Source of the DNA: a bacterium
Lineage (GTDB): Bacteria > UBP6 > JAFGXH01
Assembly: GCA_027064085.1 (NCBI GenBank)
Contig: JAMOQH010000095.1
Span: 10,530-42,529, forward strand
DNA length: 32,000 bases
Reading direction: 5' to 3'
A program made the translations under genes and the position numbers. Below the pieces are notes generated by a model. The model had not been told where the DNA came from and did not search any database. It worked only from the letters and a program-made list of their open reading frames with translations. This document shows positions 16,240 through 23,382 of this stretch, piece after piece (within the stretch, counting starts at the first letter, position 1; every line of letters begins with the position of its first letter).

Positions 16240-16269
16240 TTGACAATTTCCCTTGAAAAGTCTTAAAAT
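16240..16269 (+). promoter_or_regulatory. Candidate sigma70 promoter of parA (TTGACA-18-TAAAAT)
   Basis: Perfect -35 TTGACA at 16240-16245 and TAAAAT at 16264-16269, about 30 nt upstream of ATG 16298. Confidence 0.45.
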
Positions 16270-16297
16270 ATGTCTTGAAATATTTTTTGGAGAAAAG

Positions 16298-17080
16298 ATG
16301 ACCAAAGTAATATCTATCGCAAATCAAAAGGGTGGAGTTGGTAAAACGATAACAGCTATTAATTTATCAAGTTTTTTAACAATATTGAATAAAAAAGTTC
16401 TTTTAATTGATATGGACCCTCAAGGCCATAGTGGAATTGGACTTGGAATTGACATTGAAGACGAAGATTATTCAACAACTTACGACTTATTAATAAATAA
16501 AGATAAAACCCTAGATGATTGTGTTACAGAAATTGATATTAAAGATAAAACTTTGGATTTAGTCATTTCCAATGTGGAATTAAGCTATGCAGAAAGGGAG
16601 TTAGAAAAACTATATCGTTCTCCAATACAAATATTAAAGAAAAAGTTAAAACCTGTAGTTAAATCAAAAGTATATGACTATATAATTATAGATTGTCCTC
16701 CATCATTAGGTAATTTAGCAATTAATGCATTTTTATCATCAGACACAATTATTGTCCCTGTTGCAACATCATTTTTTTCATTGCATGGAGTAGAAAAAAT
16801 TGCAGGTACGCTAAACGAAATTATGGATGAATTAGAAATTGAATTTAATATATTTGGCTTGTTAACTAGGTATAGAAGAAACCAAAATGTTTCTCATGAA
16901 GTCCATCAAACAATGAAAGAATACTTTAATAATAATATGTTTAAAACAGTTATAAGAGAAAATATTGATTTGGAAAAGGCTATTGGTGAAGGTTTGCCAA
17001 TTTGTGAATACAAAAAATCATCAAACGGTTATTTAGATTATAAACGACTAGCTATGGAGATAATGAGTTATGGCAACTAA
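16298..17080 (+). CDS. parA: ParA/Soj-family partition ATPase
   Basis: The deviant Walker A is IANQKGGVGKTIT, followed by LLIDMDPQG and IIIDCPPSLG. I prefer ATG 16298 (GGAG about 7 nt upstream) over TTG 16253. Confidence 0.9.
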   Translation: MTKVISIANQKGGVGKTITAINLSSFLTILNKKVLLIDMDPQGHSGIGLGIDIEDEDYSTTYDLLINKDKTLDDCVTEIDIKDKTLDLVISNVELSYAERELEKLYRSPIQILKKKLKPVVKSKVYDYIIIDCPPSLGNLAINAFLSSDTIIVPVATSFFSLHGVEKIAGTLNEIMDELEIEFNIFGLLTRYRRNQNVSHEVHQTMKEYFNNNMFKTVIRENIDLEKAIGEGLPICEYKKSSNGYLDYKRLAMEIMSYGN

Positions 17081-18284
17081 GAAAAAGAAAGCTAAAAGAG
17101 GTAATAAGGTAAAAAAAGGTGGATTTTTTAAAGAAAAAGGGGGCTTATTTAATCAAACTACAGATGAAACAGTTAATCCTACTAAAAAATTTATCAAAAA
17201 TGTCTCTGATGATGAAAATATCGAATTAACAGAAAGTGGAAAATCTCATTTCGAAACGGTAAAAAAACAAAAATTTATAGAATCAATGGAACCTGCAATA
17301 TTATTAGATAATTTATTTAATGAATTTGAATTGATAAAAATAAATAACTCTTTATTTCTTGAACTAGAAAATAATGAACAAATTTATGAAGGTGTAAAGT
17401 ATTACCTAAAAGAAAAAGAAAATATTTGGCTATTTTTTGAAGATAAAGCAATTATGCTTGATTATGCTCTTATGGAGGAGTTAAGTTTTAATTATGAATC
17501 AGAAAATATTCTAAAATACTCTCCAACGATAGTAAATAATAAAATATTTTTTATTGCAAATAAAGAAATACACATCTATAACTTAACAGAAGAAACATGG
17601 ATGCACTACTCTATTTCAGGAGAAACAACATCTTCTGCGATAGTAAATGACGAAAAGATTTTTTTGGTAATTGATTTTACTAAACTCGTTTGTTTAAATG
17701 AAAACTTTAAGGAAGAGTGGTCTTTTATTACTGAGGGATATTTATTAAACACTCCAACTATAGACGATTTTTTATACATCACATCTAGTGATGGAATGTT
17801 ATACAAACTTGATAAAGAAGGTGATATAATTTGGTCTTTTAATTCTAAAAGCTCTCTAGAAACACCTCCAATCTTATTTAAAGATATAGTTGTAATTAAT
17901 TCAATGGCAGGTAAGTTATTTTTCATATCAAAAGAAGATAAAAGAGAGCTAGCTATTATTGATTTAGGTTTTCACTTACTAAATAAACCAGCAATCAAAA
18001 ATAATGTTCTTTATGCATTTAACAGAAGATTCATTTATAAAGTGGATTTGGTGAATTATAAAATTCTTGACATACTTATGCTTGAAGAACCTATAGAATC
18101 AATTTCTAGCCTAGACGATTATTTGCATATAAAAACTAAAAATTCAAAAAGTCTCATCCTAGATGAAACATTTACAAATATAAATATAACAAATTTTAAA
18201 TCAAGTAAGTCTCCAATTCAACATGTTAACTTTTTATTATCTATTGATGAAAATTATAGTTTATTAAAAACTGAAATAGTTTAA
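17070..18284 (+). CDS. Beta-propeller (PQQ/BamB-like repeat) protein with a Lys-rich N-terminal tail
   Basis: The ATG overlaps the parA 3' end by 11 nt. The N-terminus is MATKKKKAKRGNKVKKGG. Repeated blades include SDGMLYKLDKEGDIIWSF and NNVLYAFNRRFIYKVDL. Confidence 0.7.
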   Translation: MATKKKKAKRGNKVKKGGFFKEKGGLFNQTTDETVNPTKKFIKNVSDDENIELTESGKSHFETVKKQKFIESMEPAILLDNLFNEFELIKINNSLFLELENNEQIYEGVKYYLKEKENIWLFFEDKAIMLDYALMEELSFNYESENILKYSPTIVNNKIFFIANKEIHIYNLTEETWMHYSISGETTSSAIVNDEKIFLVIDFTKLVCLNENFKEEWSFITEGYLLNTPTIDDFLYITSSDGMLYKLDKEGDIIWSFNSKSSLETPPILFKDIVVINSMAGKLFFISKEDKRELAIIDLGFHLLNKPAIKNNVLYAFNRRFIYKVDLVNYKILDILMLEEPIESISSLDDYLHIKTKNSKSLILDETFTNINITNFKSSKSPIQHVNFLLSIDENYSLLKTEIV

Positions 18285-18287
18285 ACA

Positions 18288-18755
18288 CTATAAATTATCT
18301 TCTAGAAAACTTAATATTAAGTCATCTAGATTATCTTCACTAGCTTTTTTATTTTTATCAAGAATTGATTTTTGTTTATCTTCTATAAGGTGGGCAGTAT
18401 GCTTTTTTTTATCTTGTTCAATAATATTTAAATCATCTTTTGAAGAAAGATTCTCTATTTTTTTTATTTTAGATGATTTCATATGCTCAAGCATTTTATC
18501 AATTTCTTTATCATACTTAGAGCTCAAAAGACCTTTTAAAACGGATTTATGTTGCTGTTCCATCATGGATTTTACAACATTTCTAAGTTGGGGAGCATTT
18601 ACAACATTTTTATAAGAATTCTTTACAGAAATAATAATATTACCACCAATAAAAAGATGTGTAATAATATGTGCTATCTCTTCTCCACTATCCTCAGTTT
18701 GGACATGGAATACAATATCTTTATATTTTATATTGTGATTAAAACCTGTAATCAT
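18288..18755 (-). CDS. Hypothetical protein with an N-terminal FHVQTEDSG motif
   Basis: 155-aa ORF. The compact N-terminal domain (IVFHVQTEDSGEEIAHIITHLFIGGNII) is followed by a charged tail. I cannot name the family. Confidence 0.6.
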   Translation of the reverse strand: MITGFNHNIKYKDIVFHVQTEDSGEEIAHIITHLFIGGNIIISVKNSYKNVVNAPQLRNVVKSMMEQQHKSVLKGLLSSKYDKEIDKMLEHMKSSKIKKIENLSSKDDLNIIEQDKKKHTAHLIEDKQKSILDKNKKASEDNLDDLILSFLEDNL

Positions 18756-18809
18756 TAAATACCCCTAATACTTTTATACTATCAAAAAAGATATATGATA
18801 TCAAGTTAT

Positions 18810-19583
18810 TTAAAAATTAATTATATTTTTTATTTCTTTAATAAAAGTGGAGTTATTTAATAAAATGTCAATACCCGTGTAATCACTTGTTGAGTCTATC
18901 ATTGTTTTTAGATTATCATAATTGTAAATGTATAGTTGTTCATTTAAATCTTTAAAGTCTTTTTTAGAATATAAAAACAAGTATTTAGAATTATCACAAT
19001 ATTTATTAAATTCATCTACTGACATTTCATCTGAAAACATCTTAGGTGAAATCATTATAAAAGAGCTATTTACTTGACAATAATTAACTGATGAATACAA
19101 AGAAATATTCGCACCCAAACCGTCACCAATGAAAACAATATTTTTAAATTTACTTTCATTACTATTTTGGGCAAAATTTACAATCAACTTTAAATCATCT
19201 TTCATTTTAGCAATTGTTGAATAACTAGATGCTTGACTTTTACCAAATCCTCTTAAATCATAGGAAACTATATTATAATTTAGTTCAAGAAAGATATCCA
19301 TTAAGATATCCCATTCTTCTAAACTACTATCTTCTTTATGAGATAAAACAATAAGTCCTTCATTATTTTTTTTATGGTATAAACGATAGTAAAGATTACT
19401 ATTATCATTTGTATTTATATATCCCTCTTGAAAGCTATAATCGTTACTTAAACTTAAGGGGTCTACATCATCTTCATTATTATAAGAAGATGTATCATTA
19501 TAGAGCTCATTATTTATTTCATTACCACTTTGTGAGCAAGAGATAAGCAACATACTTATTATCAAAAAAATCATTATCTTCAT
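18810..19583 (-). CDS. Lipoprotein with an alpha/beta-hydrolase fold that lacks the catalytic Ser and His
   Basis: Signal plus lipobox MKIMIFLIISMLLISC. DLRGFGKS matches the hydrolase scaffold. The nucleophile elbow reads GDGLG instead of GxSxG. There is no His in the C-terminal ~170 aa. Confidence 0.7.
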   Translation of the reverse strand: MKIMIFLIISMLLISCSQSGNEINNELYNDTSSYNNEDDVDPLSLSNDYSFQEGYINTNDNSNLYYRLYHKKNNEGLIVLSHKEDSSLEEWDILMDIFLELNYNIVSYDLRGFGKSQASSYSTIAKMKDDLKLIVNFAQNSNESKFKNIVFIGDGLGANISLYSSVNYCQVNSSFIMISPKMFSDEMSVDEFNKYCDNSKYLFLYSKKDFKDLNEQLYIYNYDNLKTMIDSTSDYTGIDILLNNSTFIKEIKNIINF

Positions 19584-19639
19584 AATAACCTCAAATACCT
19601 ACCTAATTTTATAGTAAAAAAGAAAAAAATCAAGTTATC

Positions 19640-19668
19640 TTGACAAAAAAAAATATTTAGTTTAATCT
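19640..19668 (+). promoter_or_regulatory. Candidate promoter (TTGACA-17-TAATCT)
   Basis: Perfect TTGACA at 19640-19645 and TAATCT at 19663-19668, 26 nt upstream of ATG 19694. Confidence 0.4.
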
Positions 19669-19693
19669 AGCATTTGTTTTGTGAGGATTTTAC

Positions 19694-20512
19694 ATGAAAA
19701 CTGTAGTATTTTTAAAATTTAATGAAGAAAGAAAGGATACAATAACAAATCTGTTAAAAGAAACTGATTATAAATTAGTCTTTTTAGATTCAACAGAAGA
19801 TTTATTTGAAAATATTTTCAATAATGATCAAAAATATATTTCAATATTTATAGCTGATGACATAGAAGAAATAAATGGAATCATTTTAGAGATTAAAACT
19901 CATTTAAAACTATCATTAAATGTTATAAAATATAAAAATGAAAATTTAAGTGAACTAGAAATAGATAATTTTATATCAGAAACCGCCACTAAAGAGGAAT
20001 ATCTATCACTACTCAGAGGAGCTAAAAAGATAACAGAACTTTTAGATACTAGTATTGATATAAGTAATAACTTTTACCATTTTGAATTTTTTAAAAGGAT
20101 AATACATATTGAAATAAAAAGGGCTAAAAGATATGGTATTGAATTAGCTCTCTTGTATTTAACTTTTAATAATGCAGACGAAATAAACAATAACTCAAAA
20201 GAACAATTTGAGTCATTATTTAGAGAATTTAACGCAGCCGTTACAACATCAATCAGAGATATTGATATCCCTATTGCTTTTGGAGAAGAGGCTATCCTTT
20301 TAATGATGCCACATACAAATAAAGGTGGAGCAAATATTGTGGCAGAAAGAATATATTCTAAATTAACAAAGAATGCCCAATCAATAAATTTTTCAATTTC
20401 TATTGTTTCACCTAAAAAAGAAGATTTAAACTTTTCAATAATGATGAAAATGATACATGAAGGTATAGAAGAATCCGTTAAAAAAGGTGGAAAATCTATT
20501 ATTGTAGAATAA
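19694..20512 (+). CDS. Pseudo-receiver plus degenerate GGDEF domain protein
   Basis: The C-terminal domain aligns by eye to GGDEF (RDIDIPIAFGEEAILLMMPHT..GGANIVAERI). The signature reads FGEEA, and the DxD metal site is replaced (LLYLTFNN). The N-terminal REC-like domain lacks the acidic DD pair. Confidence 0.7.
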   Translation: MKTVVFLKFNEERKDTITNLLKETDYKLVFLDSTEDLFENIFNNDQKYISIFIADDIEEINGIILEIKTHLKLSLNVIKYKNENLSELEIDNFISETATKEEYLSLLRGAKKITELLDTSIDISNNFYHFEFFKRIIHIEIKRAKRYGIELALLYLTFNNADEINNNSKEQFESLFREFNAAVTTSIRDIDIPIAFGEEAILLMMPHTNKGGANIVAERIYSKLTKNAQSINFSISIVSPKKEDLNFSIMMKMIHEGIEESVKKGGKSIIVE

Positions 20513-20658
20513 AAATAATTCTCAGTTTAATTCTTAATAAAATATTAAATTAATAAAATCTAATACTGTTATACTAGTATTATCATTATGTTACAACAAT
20601 ATCCCTATTCAAATTTTATCAAGATTTAATATTTTTACTAAATAATAAAAATTACTAC

Positions 20659-20686
20659 TTGACATTTATTATTAAATAGCTATAAT
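20659..20686 (+). promoter_or_regulatory. Consensus sigma70 promoter of ahpC (TTGACA-16-TATAAT)
   Basis: Both hexamers are perfect (20659-20664 and 20681-20686). The inverted repeat TTATTAT(20666-72)/ATAATAA(20682-88) spans the spacer and the -10. Confidence 0.6.
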
Positions 20687-20719
20687 AAGTGTGTTGTGTA
20701 AAACTAAAGGAGGTTAAAC

Positions 20720-21442
20720 ATGGCATGTGATAAACCGCAAAGTGTGGAAGTAACAGAAATAAACAAACAAACTAATTTAACAGAAGTTTCAGAGAATGAA
20801 ACATTAAACATGGAGGAAAATATGAGTGGAGTATTAGTATTAAAACCAATGCCTGAATTTAAAATGGAAGCTTATAATGCAAAAACTGGACATTATGTAG
20901 AAGTAAGTAGCGAACAACATTCAGATAAATGGAGAGTGATTTGTTTTTACCCTGCAGATTTTACTTTTGTTTGTCCAACTGAAATAGCTGCGATGAATGC
21001 ATCATTAAAAGTTATAGAAGATGAATTAGGATGCGAAGTTTTAGCTATCTCTACTGATACAAAATTTTCTCATAAAAGATTTGTTGAAACTGAGCCTTTA
21101 TTAAAAGGTTTACAGTTAACTATGGCTGCTGATACAACTGGTGAAGTAGCTCAAAAATTTGGTGTACTAATTGAAGGAGCTGGATTAGCCCTTAGAGGTA
21201 GATTTTTAGTTAACCCTGCGGGAATAGTTGTGGCTCAAGAAGTTCAATCTCCTGCTGTTGGTAGAAGCGTTAAAGAATTTATTAGACAGATTAGAGCACA
21301 TCAAGCTGCTGAAAAAACTGGTGATGTTTATCCTGCTGGTTGGAAACCAGGTAAAACTGTTCTTCCTGTATCAACAGATGCCGAAAAAATGACTGGAAAT
21401 GTAGGTTCTTATATAACAATTGAAGAAATTATGGCTGATTAA
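20720..21442 (+). CDS. ahpC: Peroxiredoxin, AhpC/Prx1 (typical 2-Cys scaffold) with an N-terminal extension and no resolving Cys
   Basis: The peroxidatic motif is FYPADFTFVCPTE. The C-terminal region TGDVYPAGWKPG matches the canonical GEVCPAxWK with Tyr in place of Cys. There are two in-frame starts, each with a strong SD (AAGGAGG-6-ATG at 20720; GGAGG-5-ATG at 20822). Confidence 0.9.
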   Translation: MACDKPQSVEVTEINKQTNLTEVSENETLNMEENMSGVLVLKPMPEFKMEAYNAKTGHYVEVSSEQHSDKWRVICFYPADFTFVCPTEIAAMNASLKVIEDELGCEVLAISTDTKFSHKRFVETEPLLKGLQLTMAADTTGEVAQKFGVLIEGAGLALRGRFLVNPAGIVVAQEVQSPAVGRSVKEFIRQIRAHQAAEKTGDVYPAGWKPGKTVLPVSTDAEKMTGNVGSYITIEEIMAD

Positions 21443-21483
21443 CTACTAAAAACTTATTTTTAAGTTATTGTATTATAAAAAAG

Positions 21484-21522
21484 GGGTATTTCAGTTATTG
21501 ATGTAATTGATACCCTTTTTTT
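21484..21522 (+). terminator. Rho-independent terminator after ahpC
   Basis: The interrupted 12-bp stem pairs GGGTAT..CAGTTA with TAATTG ATACCC around a 6-nt loop. A T7 run follows at 21516-21522. Confidence 0.65.
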
Positions 21523-21542
21523 ATTATTTTATGAAGGAAAAT

Positions 21543-21944
21543 ATGGATAAATTAACTTCAACGTCTATGCAAGAGCTACTAAAAGCTCAAGGCTTAAAGG
21601 CTACCCCACAAAGATTAGCTATACTCAAAGAAATAGCTAAAGAAGGACATATCTCCGTTGATAACATTTATTTAAAAATAAAAAATAATTTTCCATCAAT
21701 ATCCCTTGCAACAATATATAAAAATATTAAGTCGATGAAAGATGCTGAAATCATTTATGAAATAAATACCCAAGATTCAAAGCCAAAGTATGAAATAAAG
21801 AAAAAAACTCATGCTCATTTTATATGTCAACTATGTAACTCTGTAGAAGATATGGAAATAAACAAAGATGACTTCAAAAATTATGGTGATATTAATGAAA
21901 TTGATTTGTATCTATATGGTATTTGTAAAAAGTGTAAGATTTAA
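21543..21944 (+). CDS. Fur-family metalloregulator (PerR-like by context)
   Basis: The wHTH region is ATPQRLAILKEI. It has an HAHF motif and two CxxC pairs (CQLC, CKKC). I prefer ATG 21543 (AAGGA upstream) or 21531; the TTG at 21507 lies inside the terminator. Confidence 0.85.
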   Translation: MDKLTSTSMQELLKAQGLKATPQRLAILKEIAKEGHISVDNIYLKIKNNFPSISLATIYKNIKSMKDAEIIYEINTQDSKPKYEIKKKTHAHFICQLCNSVEDMEINKDDFKNYGDINEIDLYLYGICKKCKI

Positions 21945-21991
21945 TTACTCTTTATGGCTTGTTTCAACCAAGCAAAGCTTGTTTTCCACAA

Positions 21992-22016
21992 AAATTAAAG
22001 CTAAAATCTTTAATTT
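21992..22016 (+). repeat. Conserved-loop intergenic hairpin, copy 3 (AAATTAAAG|CTAAAAT|CTTTAATTT)
   Basis: Perfect 9-bp arms around the invariant loop. It lies 48 nt after the Fur-family gene's stop and 27 nt upstream of the candidate nagZ -35. Confidence 0.6.
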
Positions 22017-22042
22017 GAAAATATAAAAATAAAAAATAAATA

Positions 22043-22071
22043 TTGATTATAATTCGTTAAATTCATATACT
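22043..22071 (+). promoter_or_regulatory. Candidate nagZ promoter (TTGATT-17-TATACT)
   Basis: Hexamers at 22043-22048 and 22066-22071. The predicted leader is about 60 nt, with an AGGAG SD before ATG 22139. Confidence 0.35.
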
Positions 22072-22138
22072 TACTTATAGGTTACAAAGTTGTATCTATA
22101 CTGCAACTATCAATTATAGAATAATCTGTAGGAGAAAA

Positions 22139-23140
22139 ATGAGTAATATAATTAATGAAACAACAAAACTAGCAGGAAGGTTTTTTATTTTTGGCTTTGA
22201 AGAGCCTGAAATTAATGACAGAATTAGACGATTTATAGAATTTGATAAAATTACCGGTTTAATACTTTTTAAAAGAAATATCATATCTCCAGATGGAGTG
22301 AAGAAATTAAATGAAAAAATAAAAAAAACTGCATCTTACCCTATTTTAATTGGAATAGATGAAGAAGGAGGTAGAGTATCAAGATTTGATAAAGATGAAT
22401 TTTCTACTTTACCTAGCATGCAATATTTAGCAAAAAATCACTCTATTGATGAAGCATATCAAATGTCAAAAGATTTAGCAAACAAACTCAAAAACTTAGG
22501 CTTTAACTTTAATTTTGCACCAGTTTTAGATATTTTTAGTAATCCTGATAATGAAGTAATAGGTGATAGAGCCTTTGGAATAGATTCGGATACTGTTATA
22601 AAATATTCTATCCCTGTAATGAAAGGATTTCAAGATGGAGGTGTATTAACATGTGGAAAACATTTTCCCGGCCATGGAGACACCCTTTTAGACTCACATA
22701 AAGCATTACCAAAACTTAAAAATAGCTTGGAGGGATTAAGAAAAAGAGAATTTTTACCTTTTAAAGAAGCAATTAAAGAAGGGATTGATTCAATAATGAC
22801 CGCTCATATTTTATTTGAAGAATTAGATGATTATCCTGCAACTTTTTCTAAATTATTTCTAAACGATTTACTAAGAACTGAATTAAACTTTAAAAATGTA
22901 GTAATATCAGATGACCTAGATATGAATGCAATCAAAAATGAATATGACATTAGAGATGTACTATTTAAAGGAATAGAAGCTGGGGTTGATTTATTTATAG
23001 TATCTAAAAATGATGCTGAAATGCAACAAGCCGTACTCGAATCAATAAGACAAATGATTTCAAATGGTGATATATCTATGAATAGATTAATAGAATCTAT
23101 GCAAAGGATAGATAGAATGATAATGAAAGTTGCTTATTAA
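22139..23140 (+). CDS. nagZ: Beta-N-acetylhexosaminidase (glycoside hydrolase family 3, NagZ-like)
   Basis: Motifs IGIDEEGGRV, RAFG and KHFPGHGDTLLDSH. Its size (333 aa) is typical of single-domain NagZ. Confidence 0.85.
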   Translation: MSNIINETTKLAGRFFIFGFEEPEINDRIRRFIEFDKITGLILFKRNIISPDGVKKLNEKIKKTASYPILIGIDEEGGRVSRFDKDEFSTLPSMQYLAKNHSIDEAYQMSKDLANKLKNLGFNFNFAPVLDIFSNPDNEVIGDRAFGIDSDTVIKYSIPVMKGFQDGGVLTCGKHFPGHGDTLLDSHKALPKLKNSLEGLRKREFLPFKEAIKEGIDSIMTAHILFEELDDYPATFSKLFLNDLLRTELNFKNVVISDDLDMNAIKNEYDIRDVLFKGIEAGVDLFIVSKNDAEMQQAVLESIRQMISNGDISMNRLIESMQRIDRMIMKVAY

Positions 23141-23373
23141 GTTGTTACTTTAGCTTCTGGTTTTGAAGAATTATCTTCTTTTGCGTCATCAAAATAACCA
23201 TTAGATTCTAGTTTTTTCATAGTATAAGAAATAAATTTATAACCAATAAATATAAGTAATGGCCATAAAAACAACATGAAAAAACTTACCCAAACATTAA
23301 AATCACTATGGTTTGGATTTTGACCAAACTCATTAATTGGTGTTACTGCAGTTATTATATTTAATAAATTCAT
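23137..23373 (-). CDS. Small single-pass membrane protein co-transcribed after cydB
   Basis: 78 aa with one TM (VWVSFFMLFLWPLLIFIGY). A GGGGGA SD lies in the 9-nt gap after the cydB stop. Its stop overlaps the nagZ stop (TTAA). Confidence 0.55.
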   Translation of the reverse strand: MNLLNIITAVTPINEFGQNPNHSDFNVWVSFFMLFLWPLLIFIGYKFISYTMKKLESNGYFDDAKEDNSSKPEAKVTT

Positions 23374-23382
23374 TTTATCCCC

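Noticed and set aside
16253-16297. TTG start at 16253 for parA. The same issue applies to TTG 11502 for the membrane protein and TTG 21507 for the Fur-family gene.
   Set aside because: Downstream ATGs (16298, 11565, 21543/21531) have Shine-Dalgarno sequences at proper spacing and give canonical N-termini. The extension from 21507 would lie within the terminator hairpin.
16063-16297. A parS-like centromere site near parA.
   Set aside because: I found no sequence resembling the TGTTNCACGTGAAACA consensus, nor any GC-containing 14-16-bp palindrome apart from the hairpin family. The family's variable arms are inconsistent with a ParB-type site.
22008-22020. Bacteroidota-type promoter elements (TTTG / TAnnTTTG), considered because of the DUF4492-cydAB arrangement and the TAATTTG string next to hairpin copy 3.
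   Set aside because: The spacing does not fit TAnnTTTG. Several genes in the window have perfect sigma70-type TTGACA/TATAAT elements instead.
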